Assembly (NCBI GenBank): GCA_030629775.1
Contig: DAOVOJ010000001.1
Location: 1-37,481, forward strand
Origin: Candidatus Moraniibacteriota bacterium
Lineage (GTDB): Bacteria; Patescibacteriota; Minisyncoccia; JAHIHE01; DAOVOJ01
Reading direction: 5' to 3'
Length of the DNA stretch: 37,481 nucleotides
The position numbers were made by a program, and so were the translations under genes. Below the pieces are notes generated by a model. That model had not been told where the DNA came from. It saw only the letters and a program-made list of their open reading frames with translations, and searched no databases. Positions 26,953 to 35,421 of the stretch are shown here, in pieces (the stretch's first letter is position 1; each line of letters opens with the position of its first letter).

Positions 26953-27401
26953 TGTCATTCCTGCGGAGGCAGGAATCCACTATTACTATGAGCTTTGCCA
27001 TTTGACTATTTCCCTATTATTTCAAGAAAGGCATTAAATATGGTTACTGAAAAACAATATTATGTTTATATTCTTGCAAGCAGAAAAAACGGCACCTTGT
27101 ATGTTGGCGTAACAAACGATTTACTTAGAAGAGTCTATGAACATAAAAACGATCTCATTGAAGGGTTTACAAAAAAATATAAAGTTCACAAACTTGTTTA
27201 TTATGAAGAAATTAATGATGTTCGCATTGCTATTCAGAGAGAAAAGCGAATAAAAAAATGGAAAAGGGAATGGAAAATAAATTTAATTGAAAAACTTAAT
27301 TCTAAGTGGGGAGATTTATATTATGATTTGCTTAACCAATAAATTTTTAGAGTTTATTAATATTTAAGGTAGTAGTGGATCCCTGCCTCCGCAGGGATGA
27401 C
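26953..27401 (+). mobile_element. TGTCAT-family element carrying a GIY-YIG nuclease gene (candidate autonomous copy)
   Basis: The termini tgtcattcctgcggaggcaggaatccactattac and gtagtagtggatccctgcctccgcagggatgac are inverted repeats of the same subtype as the ORF-less copy at 6633..6749. Confidence 0.65.
27040..27342 (+). CDS. GIY-YIG nuclease superfamily protein (small stand-alone, UPF0213-like)
   Basis: YYVYILASRKNGTLYVGVTNDLLRRVYEH...KLVYYEE...AIQREKRIKKW shows the GIY/YIG pair, the Arg and the Glu of the fold. ATG 27040 is preferred over TTG 26995. Confidence 0.85.
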   Translation: MVTEKQYYVYILASRKNGTLYVGVTNDLLRRVYEHKNDLIEGFTKKYKVHKLVYYEEINDVRIAIQREKRIKKWKREWKINLIEKLNSKWGDLYYDLLNQ

Positions 27402-27449
27402 GAGAAGAGGCGTGGGGCGGGAGTATTTATAATAATTAAAAATAACAGT

Positions 27450-28310
27450 ATGAAAATAAAAGCCGTTAAACCAAAAATTTGGAATTTTGAAGTTGTTAAG
27501 GGGGAGGATGCTTGGAAAGAAGTGGTCTATTCCGCCAGAATGAGCGGGGTGCCTCCAACTGTTTCAGGAGAAGATGTTTTTAAAATGATTATTAAAAATG
27601 ATTACGGTTCGGCTTTGGAGCATATTATTATCAAATTTGATATTCAAATGACGAAGGGAAACGCGCCTGAACTTCTGGAACACCGAATGGCAAGCCACTC
27701 CGGTTTTTCAACGAGATATATTCAGGCAAATAAGGGAATGGAAAAGAAAGAGCCGGTTTATGAGATCATTGTTCCTTTTCATCTTCTGGATGACCAGAAT
27801 CAGGAATCTCAGAGAATTTTTTTGGAAAAAATCGAACAAAGCATTGAGACTTACGAAAAGTTTATAAACGAAGGATTGCCACGAGAATCAGCGCGGTATA
27901 TGTTGCCATTTTGTCAAGCGGTTGGGATCTATCACTTCACGATCAATTTAAGATCTCTTTTAAATTTACTTTCTCTTCGGCTTTGCGTAAGAACTTCTCC
28001 GGAGATGCGATGTCTTGCCGCGCAGTTACATCTTAATCTGACCAAAGAACTTCCGATTATCAGGGGAATGGTCGGCTGCCGCGGTTTTGTTAAGGGGATT
28101 TGTCCGGAAGCGAATGTTACGGGTGTCAGAGAGGGAAAACAGCACCCTTTTTATCCGGTTTGCCTTTTTAAAAATCCAAAATCCGATGTTTTTATTCCAA
28201 CTCACAAAGAACTAAGAAAAGGAATAAGCACTGAGAAGTTTAATCGAGAGAAAGCGGTTGAAGCGCAGGAGAAAATTTTCGCGAAATGGGCGGAGTGGGG
28301 AGGGGAATAA
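27450..28310 (+). CDS. thyX: ThyX-family (flavin-dependent thymidylate synthase-like) protein, divergent
   Basis: LLEHRMASHSGFSTRY aligns to the ThyX RHRX7S..RY signature with E replacing the first R. ESARYMLP...NLRSLLNLLSLR matches the second conserved block. The track start at 27375 lies in the repeat terminus, so ATG 27450 is preferred. Confidence 0.7.
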   Translation: MKIKAVKPKIWNFEVVKGEDAWKEVVYSARMSGVPPTVSGEDVFKMIIKNDYGSALEHIIIKFDIQMTKGNAPELLEHRMASHSGFSTRYIQANKGMEKKEPVYEIIVPFHLLDDQNQESQRIFLEKIEQSIETYEKFINEGLPRESARYMLPFCQAVGIYHFTINLRSLLNLLSLRLCVRTSPEMRCLAAQLHLNLTKELPIIRGMVGCRGFVKGICPEANVTGVREGKQHPFYPVCLFKNPKSDVFIPTHKELRKGISTEKFNREKAVEAQEKIFAKWAEWGGE

Positions 28311-28322
28311 GTTAATTAATTT

Positions 28323-28419
28323 GACACAGACGAACACAGACTAAAGGCACTGACAAACACAGATAAAAATTAAAATAATCTGTGTTCGTCTGTGCCTTTA
28401 GTCAGTGTTTGTTAGTGTG
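28323..28419. repeat. Long imperfect palindrome between thyX and glyA
   Basis: ctaaaggcactgacaaacacagat - 13-nt AT loop - atctgtgttcgtctgtgcctttag (24 bp, 2 mismatches), with weaker extension on both sides. Confidence 0.75.
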
Positions 28420-28444
28420 CTATTTATAAACATTATAAAAAACT

Positions 28445-29692
28445 ATGCAAAAAATATTATCACTTTTAAAAAACCATAACGACTGGCGGGAGAATTGCGT
28501 CAATTTGATCGCTTCGGAAAATGTGATGTCGCCTTTTTGCGAGAAGTATTATATTTCTGACTTGATGCATCGTTACGCGGAAGGACTGCCGTTTGAAAGA
28601 TATTATCAGGGATTGGAATATGTTGATGAGATGGAAGATTTGACGCAAGAAAAATTTAAAAAACATTTTAACGCGAACTTTGTTGACATTCGTCCGATCT
28701 CGGGAACTTCCGCAAATATGGCTGTTTTTTCCGCTTTAGCCGAGAGAGGCGATTCAATTTTAAGTTTGGGAATTCAGGGCGGTTCTCATGTTTCGCACGA
28801 AAAAGCCGGGGCGGCGGGAATACTGGGATTAAAAAGTTTTAATCTTGGATTTGACGGTGAAACAATGACGATTGATTTGGAGAAAAGTGAAAAGAAAATT
28901 TTGGAAATAAAACCAAAATTTATCGTCATTGGCGGATCGGTAATTCTGTTTCCTCAGCCGATTAAAGAATTAAGAAAAATTTGCGATCAAGTCGGGGCGA
29001 AAATTATTTATGACGCGGCGCATGTTTTTGGCTTGATCACCGCCGGTTTTTTTCAAGATCCATTGGAAGAAGGAGTGGATATTATTACTTCTTCCACGCA
29101 CAAAACTTTTCCCGGTCCGCAGGGAGGAATAATTTTAGGAAATATTGAAGAAGGTTTACAGAAAAAAATTCAGGATAAAGTTTTTCCCGGTGTGTTATCC
29201 AATCATCATCTTCACTGCACCCCGCCGCTTTATTTCGCGCTGGAAGAAATGGAGCGTTTTGGAAAAGATTATGTTTCGCAAATTTTAAAAAATTCTAAGG
29301 CGCTGGCGGGGCAGCTTAATGATCTCGGTTTTGATATTTTGGGAAAAGAAAAAGGATTTACGGAAAGCCATCAAGTGGTCGCTAATGTTGAAAAACAGGG
29401 AAGAGGGGATTTTGTCGCTAAGAAATTAGAAGAAGCGAACATCATTTTAAATAAAAATATCATTTCCGGAGACTCGGCAAATCCTAATAAGCCCAAGGGA
29501 ATCCGTCTCGGTGTTCAGGAAATGACGAGATACGGAATGAAAGAAGAAGAAATGAAAATAATCGCCGAACTGATAAAAGAAGTTATTTTAGACGGGAAAG
29601 ATATTGAGATAATGAAAGAAAAAGTGGCCGAGTTCAGGAAAAATTTTCAGGAAGTGAAATATTGTCTTAATGAAAGCGAACTTTCTTCTTGA
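28445..29692 (+). CDS. glyA: Serine hydroxymethyltransferase
   Basis: Contains LIASENVMSP, the PLP-lysine motif SSTHKTFPGPQGG and RLGVQEMTRYG. Confidence 0.93.
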   Translation: MQKILSLLKNHNDWRENCVNLIASENVMSPFCEKYYISDLMHRYAEGLPFERYYQGLEYVDEMEDLTQEKFKKHFNANFVDIRPISGTSANMAVFSALAERGDSILSLGIQGGSHVSHEKAGAAGILGLKSFNLGFDGETMTIDLEKSEKKILEIKPKFIVIGGSVILFPQPIKELRKICDQVGAKIIYDAAHVFGLITAGFFQDPLEEGVDIITSSTHKTFPGPQGGIILGNIEEGLQKKIQDKVFPGVLSNHHLHCTPPLYFALEEMERFGKDYVSQILKNSKALAGQLNDLGFDILGKEKGFTESHQVVANVEKQGRGDFVAKKLEEANIILNKNIISGDSANPNKPKGIRLGVQEMTRYGMKEEEMKIIAELIKEVILDGKDIEIMKEKVAEFRKNFQEVKYCLNESELSS

Positions 29693-29789
29693 GAGGGGAA
29701 TGATCGGTAAAAATCAAGCAGACCCTAAATAGTTGACACTTCATACAGAATGCGCGACAATTATGCGATGTAAAACTAAAAAAAACAAT

Positions 29790-31124
29790 ATGAGAAATCT
29801 GCTGAAAATCATAATAATTATCTTCACAGTTATAACGCTTGTATCAATAGGCTGCGTTTTAGAAGCATCGGCTAATGTTAAGTTTAGCAATATTGAGGTG
29901 TATGAGATAAAGGACGGGACGGCTAAATTGAAATGGGCTACTGACCAACCTACCAAAGGAATTGTCTATTTTGGAAATAGTCCCGATAACTTAGATAGAT
30001 ATATTGGCTATAGCCTTTATGATCATTATCACAAGACTGTTTTAACCGGTTTGCAGAAAAATAAAACTTATTATTATAAAATTGTGGCAATTGACAAGGC
30101 GCAAAATAAAACAGAGGCATTTCTGCAAACTTTTTCAACCAAAGGCATGAAAAAACTGGAAACGACCAGACCCAGATTTGTGGAGAAGAAAATTTTGCAG
30201 GTAATTAGCGACGCGGCGGCGTTAAGCTGGACGACTAGCGAGAAAACGAATGCAACCATATATTGTGGAGTTGATCCTGACAGTTTAAATAAAAAAGCCG
30301 TTTATAAGAGCTACGACAAAAAACATGAACTGTTTATACATAAGCTGAAGCCGGAAACGAAATATTACCTGAAAATTGTGGCTAAAGACAAATCGGGAAA
30401 TAAAGCTTCCGCATTTTTGGTTTTTAACACTCACAGCCGGACAAAAACAGCTCCCGACGTAACTATCTATAAAATTGAACCGCTTAGTTTTGACGCAAAT
30501 ATGATTTTTCCCAGAATGGCGATCGTTAAGTTTAAAACTAATTTAGTGGCCAAGAGTGTTATTTATTATGGCAGCAAGTCGGGCAAGCATAAGCATAAAG
30601 TAAATATTTCAACATCACGCCAATTAAATCACCAGATCAGATTAAGCGATTTGGAGCCAAGCACCACCTATTACTATAAAATAAAAGCCCATGGCAGTTT
30701 TCATAAGAAGAGTACAACTACAAAGGAAATGAGTTTTACCACCAGGCCTTTAACGAAACAATTTACAGACGGTTCTTTAATTAAAGGATTTGATTATAAA
30801 GTGTATGTCATAAGTGGTAACAGTAAACGCTGGATCAAAAGCGCGGATATATTTGAAAAGTTGGGATATAAATGGGATTGGATCCAAACCATAAGTGGTG
30901 TTTTGTTAAATGAATACTCGGAAGGAAAAAATATTTCAAGCGCAAAGTCGCATCCGGACGGCGCTCTGATCAAATACCATGATTCTGACGCGGTTTACTT
31001 GCTGGAAAATCGCAAGAAAAGACCTTTTTCTTCAGCGCGTGCTTTTTTGAGAAGAGGGCATAGCTGGGACAAGATAATTATGGTGTCCAAAAAAGAAAAA
31101 TATAAAACGGGGGATTATTTGTAG
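29790..31124 (+). CDS. Secreted or anchored protein with three Fn3-like repeats and a duplicated C-terminal module
   Basis: Signal/TM segment MRNLLKIIIIIFTVITLVSIG. There are three ~90-aa repeats, each ending xTxYYYKIxAxDxxGN-like, and two C-terminal repeats (YKVYVISGNSKRWIKS / DAVYLLENRKKRPFSS). The start at 29790 was chosen over the upstream in-frame TTG and ATG. Confidence 0.7.
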   Translation: MRNLLKIIIIIFTVITLVSIGCVLEASANVKFSNIEVYEIKDGTAKLKWATDQPTKGIVYFGNSPDNLDRYIGYSLYDHYHKTVLTGLQKNKTYYYKIVAIDKAQNKTEAFLQTFSTKGMKKLETTRPRFVEKKILQVISDAAALSWTTSEKTNATIYCGVDPDSLNKKAVYKSYDKKHELFIHKLKPETKYYLKIVAKDKSGNKASAFLVFNTHSRTKTAPDVTIYKIEPLSFDANMIFPRMAIVKFKTNLVAKSVIYYGSKSGKHKHKVNISTSRQLNHQIRLSDLEPSTTYYYKIKAHGSFHKKSTTTKEMSFTTRPLTKQFTDGSLIKGFDYKVYVISGNSKRWIKSADIFEKLGYKWDWIQTISGVLLNEYSEGKNISSAKSHPDGALIKYHDSDAVYLLENRKKRPFSSARAFLRRGHSWDKIIMVSKKEKYKTGDYL

Positions 31125-31134
31125 TGATTCATCG

Positions 31135-31163
31135 TTGACAAAAATATTTAAGTGTGATACGGT
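31135..31163 (+). promoter_or_regulatory. Candidate promoter of the helicase gene
   Basis: TTGACA-N17-TACGGT, preceded by tgTGa. The layout matches the promoters at 10606 and 35214. Confidence 0.35.
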
Positions 31164-31205
31164 TAATTTGCTTAATTAACAGACTTGCTTATTTCTTTTT
31201 CAGTT

Positions 31206-31245
31206 AAATATCTGACCTTGAGATTTACGGGTCAGATATTTTTTA
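31206..31245 (+). terminator. Perfect 12-bp hairpin plus T-run ending 5 nt before the helicase ATG
   Basis: aaatatctgacc - 12-nt loop - ggtcagatattt followed by ttttatt. Confidence 0.6.
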
Positions 31246-31249
31246 TTAT

Positions 31250-32533
31250 ATGACACAAACAACATTTGACGGGCTTGGCATAACGCCTAAAATTTTGAAA
31301 ATTTTGGATCGTTTACACTTTACAACCCCAACCCCGATCCAACATCAATCTATTCCAATCGCGCTGAAAGAAAAGGATATTATGGGTATTGCTCAAACCG
31401 GCACAGGCAAAACCTTGGCTTTTAGTATCCCAATGGTTCAAAGATTGGCGAAATCAGGCGGAAACGGACTTATTATTCTCCCAACCAGAGAGCTGGCCTT
31501 GCAGGTAAATGGAGCAATTAATAAAATTGCCAAAGACTTGCACATTAAAACAACGGTTTTGATCGGAGGGCAAAATATGCATCGCCAAATTAAACTTTTG
31601 CGCGGAAGACCTGATATAATAATTGCCACTCCGGGAAGACTGGTTGATCATCTTGAGAGAAAAACAGTAAACCTGTCCAAAGTTTCAGTCTTAGTGCTTG
31701 ATGAAGCGGACAGAATGTTGGATATGGGTTTCGCGCCACAGATAAAAAGGATATTAACAAATGTATCAAAAAAAAGGCAAACGATGTTATTCTCCGCGAC
31801 TATGCCGGCTGATATTGTTGACATTGCCAGAACATATATGAAACTTCCTGTGAGAGTTGAAGTGGCGCCCGCCGGATCCGCGGCGGAGAACGTTACGCAT
31901 GAAATGTTTATTGTCAGCAGGGAAGCAAAGCTAGCCTTGCTTGAAAATGTTATCAAGGAACATAAAGGAAGCACGCTTGTATTTACCAGAACAAAATTTG
32001 GCGCAAAAAAAATCGCTTATGCCATCAGAAAAATGGGATACAAAGCTTCCGAAATCCATTCCGATCGAAGTCTTAGCCAACGGCTAAAAGCGCTCTCGGG
32101 ATTTAAAAGAGGCACTTATCGATTTCTGGTCGCGACTGACATCGCCGCTAGAGGAATAGATGTGACCAATATTGAACTCATTGTAAATTTTGATATGCCC
32201 GACAGCGCCGAGGATTATGTTCACAGAATAGGAAGAACCGGGCGCGCGGGACACTCCGGACACGCGATCTCATTCGCGATGCCAAATCAAAAATATGGCA
32301 TAAAATTAATTGAACGCTTGATCAAAAAACAGCTGCTGATTTCCAAGCTTCCGGAGGATCTGCCGAAAAATAAATTTAACCAAAGCGCTGCTTATAGAAT
32401 TGACGATGACAACCAGGACAGGCGGAATTATTCCAGCCGCTCAAGCAGAGGCCGTGGCAGGTCAAAAGGCCGCCCGTCAAATAATTTTTCCGACCGAAGA
32501 AAAGGTGCTAGCTTCAAGCGTAAAAAATATTAG
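31250..32533 (+). CDS. DEAD-box ATP-dependent RNA helicase with an Arg/Ser/Gly-rich tail
   Basis: Q motif (FTTPTPIQ), AQTGTGKT, PTRELA, DEAD, SAT and HRIGRTGRAG. Confidence 0.93.
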   Translation: MTQTTFDGLGITPKILKILDRLHFTTPTPIQHQSIPIALKEKDIMGIAQTGTGKTLAFSIPMVQRLAKSGGNGLIILPTRELALQVNGAINKIAKDLHIKTTVLIGGQNMHRQIKLLRGRPDIIIATPGRLVDHLERKTVNLSKVSVLVLDEADRMLDMGFAPQIKRILTNVSKKRQTMLFSATMPADIVDIARTYMKLPVRVEVAPAGSAAENVTHEMFIVSREAKLALLENVIKEHKGSTLVFTRTKFGAKKIAYAIRKMGYKASEIHSDRSLSQRLKALSGFKRGTYRFLVATDIAARGIDVTNIELIVNFDMPDSAEDYVHRIGRTGRAGHSGHAISFAMPNQKYGIKLIERLIKKQLLISKLPEDLPKNKFNQSAAYRIDDDNQDRRNYSSRSSRGRGRSKGRPSNNFSDRRKGASFKRKKY

Positions 32534-32583
32534 AAGTTAAACTGTTGAAGGAAATATTATCCAACGCCAGCGTATACATTTTA

Positions 32584-32611
32584 AAAACCTGCTAAGTATA
32601 GCAGGTTTTTA
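32584..32611 (+). terminator. Rho-independent terminator after the helicase
   Basis: aaaacctgc-taagtata-gcaggtttt followed by T. Confidence 0.65.
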
Positions 32612-32979
32612 GGTAATTTAAATTTTAATGTGTATGTTGGTTCCATAGTGGCGATAGCCCTGTGGAACCCATGTGCAAAACTTATTAAATATTCCGCGTT
32701 ATTATTGTATGGCATTTTGGCATTAGGGTTCCACTTTTGTTTTGAGTTGACGAAACTGAAAAACTCCTTTAATGTTAAAATTAAGATAAAGGGAGGAATA
32801 AAAAATAGCTCTTTACAAATAAGAGAATCTTTTGAGGGTTGGCTAAATTGAAGGTTTGAGATTTTAGAGTTCATGTTTTAGTTTGTGATTATTTCACATA
32901 CTGAAGCTTGAACTCTAAAAAAATTTCTATTACAAAGATAGAGATTGGAGTTTAAGAATAACAAAAGGAGCTGATTGGA

Positions 32980-33723
32980 ATGAATAAAGAGAAGAAGAAA
33001 GAGAAAGAAGCGGTATTACTGTTTTCAGGAGGAAAGGATTCTTTTCTGTCGGGATGCTATTTGATAGAAGAAGGTTTTAAGATTCATATGGTTACTTTTG
33101 AAAACGGCGCTGGATTAAAAGCGGACAATGTTGAACATGGAGCAAGGAGAATTATAGAGCGTTATGGAGAAGACGAAGCGGAATTTCTAGGCGTGCATCA
33201 TACGGCTGGAATTTGGCGGAATTTTTTCTTACCCTATTTCAATATGAAGCCAAGCGAGGTCATTGATGAATATGGTGAATTAACTGTTTCGCAGTTTAAT
33301 TGTTTGACTTGCCGATCGTCAATGTATGTTTGGTCAATAATCAAAGCCAAGCAAATGGGAATCAAATACATCGCCGATGGAGCTCGTAAAGATCAGGGAT
33401 TCGTGATAGAATTACCTGGGATGATAGAGAAGTTCAAGGACTTTTTGGCCGAATATTCAATTGAACTTTTGTTGCCAGTGTGGAATCTGAATTCGGACTG
33501 GGAAAGAAAAAATCTTTTACTGATGAGAGGATTTGTTCCAAAGACACTGGAACCACAATGTTTGATAGGTGTTTCTTTGCTGGAAGGAAAAGCGCCAGAC
33601 AAAGAAGTTCAAGAGGCGGTAGAAAATTATTTTGATAAAATCATATTGCCTAGAGCGCGAGAAATCATCGCCACTCAATCAGGAGCTTTAAGCAAAGTAA
33701 GTAAAGGAGGAAAGATGCTATGA
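32980..33723 (+). CDS. PP-loop (adenine nucleotide alpha-hydrolase superfamily) ATPase
   Basis: SGGKDS PP-loop at residues ~16-21, a CLTC pair and ADGARKDQ. AAGGAG SD upstream. The stop overlaps the next start (ATGA). Confidence 0.7.
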   Translation: MNKEKKKEKEAVLLFSGGKDSFLSGCYLIEEGFKIHMVTFENGAGLKADNVEHGARRIIERYGEDEAEFLGVHHTAGIWRNFFLPYFNMKPSEVIDEYGELTVSQFNCLTCRSSMYVWSIIKAKQMGIKYIADGARKDQGFVIELPGMIEKFKDFLAEYSIELLLPVWNLNSDWERKNLLLMRGFVPKTLEPQCLIGVSLLEGKAPDKEVQEAVENYFDKIILPRAREIIATQSGALSKVSKGGKML

Positions 33724-34286
33724 GTATTTCAGAAATTAAAACTCCAGACCAAAGAAGCAGAAGGTTTATTTTTATTCCCTTCTGCCTTATCTGTCAGGCT
33801 TTTCAGGCTCAGGGTATTGTTAGGCATGGTTACTCCGCCACAATAAAACCGATAGTTGAGGAAATTTTGCGACACGAGATAAATATAATTCAAATGCCTT
33901 GTCCTGAAAGCCGGCTTGGAGGATATGAGAATGGACTAAAAAGAGGTCCCAAAGGAATAAGTAAATATGATACGCCAGAATTTAGGGAAGTATGCCAGCG
34001 CTCAGCTTCTGAAGTTACTGATATGATAAAAGCGATTCTTGCCAACGATTATAAAATTGTGGCAATTCTGGGAATAGAATTTTCCCCGTCTTGTTCAATT
34101 AAACTTCAGTATTCTAACAAAGGAACCTTTCATCAATCAGGTATTTTTATTGAATCTTTGAAAAGTCAATTGGCCAAAGAGAAAATAGAGATACCTTTCG
34201 TAGGAATAAATAGGAGGGGGATGAAGAAATCTCTAAAAGAATTAAGAGAATTGTTAAGTCAACAGAAAAATTTACTTGACTTTTAA
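33720..34286 (+). CDS. DUF523/TudS-like Cys-rich protein (divergent paralogue)
   Basis: The three Cys-bearing motifs PFCLICQ, QMPCPESRLGG and FSPSCS are spaced like SACLAG, VCPEQLGG and SPSCGCG in the next ORF. Confidence 0.5.
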   Translation: MSISEIKTPDQRSRRFIFIPFCLICQAFQAQGIVRHGYSATIKPIVEEILRHEINIIQMPCPESRLGGYENGLKRGPKGISKYDTPEFREVCQRSASEVTDMIKAILANDYKIVAILGIEFSPSCSIKLQYSNKGTFHQSGIFIESLKSQLAKEKIEIPFVGINRRGMKKSLKELRELLSQQKNLLDF

Positions 34287-34337
34287 TGCTAGCCTTTTTG
34301 GTTAGCTTTTTATTTTTTAAAAATTAACATTAAATCT

Positions 34338-34796
34338 ATGAAAATTGTTAGCGCTTGTTTGGCGGGAATAAATTGTATGTGGAACGGTAAATCAAAACCC
34401 TGCCAAGAAGTTATTGATTTGGTCAAGCAAGGAAAAGCAATTATGGTTTGCCCGGAACAATTAGGAGGATTAAAAACTCCAAGAATTCCACAAGAAATTC
34501 AAGGCGGCACGGGGAAAGATGTTTTAAGTGGAAAATGTAAAGTTGTAAATAAAAATGGGGAAGATGTTACCAAGCAATTTATTAGAGGAGCGGAAGAAGC
34601 TTTAAGGATCGCTAAACTTGTAAACGCCAAAGAATTTATCGCGAAATCAAAAAGCCCATCCTGCGGATGCGGTTTAACTTATGACGGGACTTTTTCCGGA
34701 AAGCTGATTGAAGGAGACGGTGTCGCAACTGCGTTTTTGAAAAAGAATGGAATTAAGGTTCTAAATGAAAAAGAATATTGCCGGAAGAAATGTTAA
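34338..34796 (+). CDS. DUF523 family protein (TudS-type thiouracil desulfidase family)
   Basis: Contains KIVSACLAGINCMWNG, VCPEQLGGLKTPRIPQEI and KSPSCGCG. Confidence 0.75.
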   Translation: MKIVSACLAGINCMWNGKSKPCQEVIDLVKQGKAIMVCPEQLGGLKTPRIPQEIQGGTGKDVLSGKCKVVNKNGEDVTKQFIRGAEEALRIAKLVNAKEFIAKSKSPSCGCGLTYDGTFSGKLIEGDGVATAFLKKNGIKVLNEKEYCRKKC

Positions 34797-34951
34797 ACAG
34801 TAAATTTTCTTAAAGAATTAAAAAATATTATTATGGACATAAAACAATCTTTTACAAAGAAAAACTGGTGTATAAATTAAGTTATCATGGCGGGACAATA
34901 ACAGTGAAGAGTACTTTTTAAAATGTTACCATTAAAACGCTTATTTTATAC

Positions 34952-34982
34952 AAAAAACCCTTTGATAAGATCTATCAAAGGG
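34952..34982 (-). terminator. Terminator downstream of tRNA-His
   Basis: ccctttgata-agatc-tatcaaaggg (perfect 10 bp) followed by T6 on the minus strand. Confidence 0.65.
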
Positions 34983-34999
34983 TTCAATGTTCCAATGTG

Positions 35000-35071
35000 G
35001 GTGGCTATCGGGATTTGAACCCGAGATGAGAGGACCACAACCTCTAGTGTTACCGCTACACTATAGCCACC
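35000..35071 (-). tRNA. tRNA-His (anticodon GTG) with encoded G-1
   Basis: The reverse strand folds as g-gtggcta...agagg-ttGTGgt-cctct...tcggg-ttcaaat-cccga-tagccac-c. The extra 5' G opposite C73 is the His identity element. Confidence 0.88.
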
Positions 35072-35213
35072 ATAAAAAAATTTTTAATTTCCAATTTTTA
35101 ATTTTTAATGAATTTCTAATTTCCTAATTTTCAATATTTATTCTGACAACTCCATTGCTGTAAACTAGCGATAGCTATCTTTCATTGATTTAATATAAAC
35201 GCTTTTATAACAT

Positions 35214-35242
35214 TTGTCAAAGGTGGTTTTTTGTGATAGGAT
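35214..35242 (+). promoter_or_regulatory. Candidate promoter of the tRNA-Arg/tRNA-Lys pair
   Basis: TTGTCA-N17-TAGGAT with a TGa extension, about 45 nt upstream of tRNA-Arg. Confidence 0.4.
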
Positions 35243-35284
35243 TATTTCGTTGGATAAGTTTTTCTAAACTTATCAACTAATACT

Positions 35285-35358
35285 GCACCCGTAGCTCAAC
35301 TGGATAGAGCGTCTGGCTTCGGACCAGAAGGTTGTGGGTTCGAGTCCTACCGGGTGTA
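35285..35358 (+). tRNA. tRNA-Arg (anticodon TCG)
   Basis: Cloverleaf: gcacccg/cgggtgt acceptor (G1.U72), gctc/gagc D stem, tctgg-ctTCGga-ccaga, and gtggg-ttcgagt-cctac. Confidence 0.88.
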
Positions 35359-35421
35359 CTAAATTAGTGTAAAGTCGAAAGTCTATAAAGTCAAAAGTTA
35401 AAAAATTCTAAACTTTTAAAT

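Noticed and set aside
27375-27449. N-terminal extensions of thyX (GTG 27375), pcm (25042), atpH (6638) and the GIY-YIG ORF (TTG 26995)
   Set aside because: The extra codons are read out of repeat termini (ggatgaca, gtggatcc). Conserved protein sequence begins at the downstream ATGs.
32581-32874. Mutually antisense ORFs (97 aa on the minus strand, 73 aa on the plus strand at 32630..32851) in the 450-nt spacer before the PP-loop gene
   Set aside because: Neither has an SD or a recognisable motif, and they cancel each other. I also looked for a riboswitch (e.g. preQ1-like) upstream of the PP-loop gene. I found only generic hairpins (ggttcca...tggaacc at about 32639..32669), so nothing is callable by eye.
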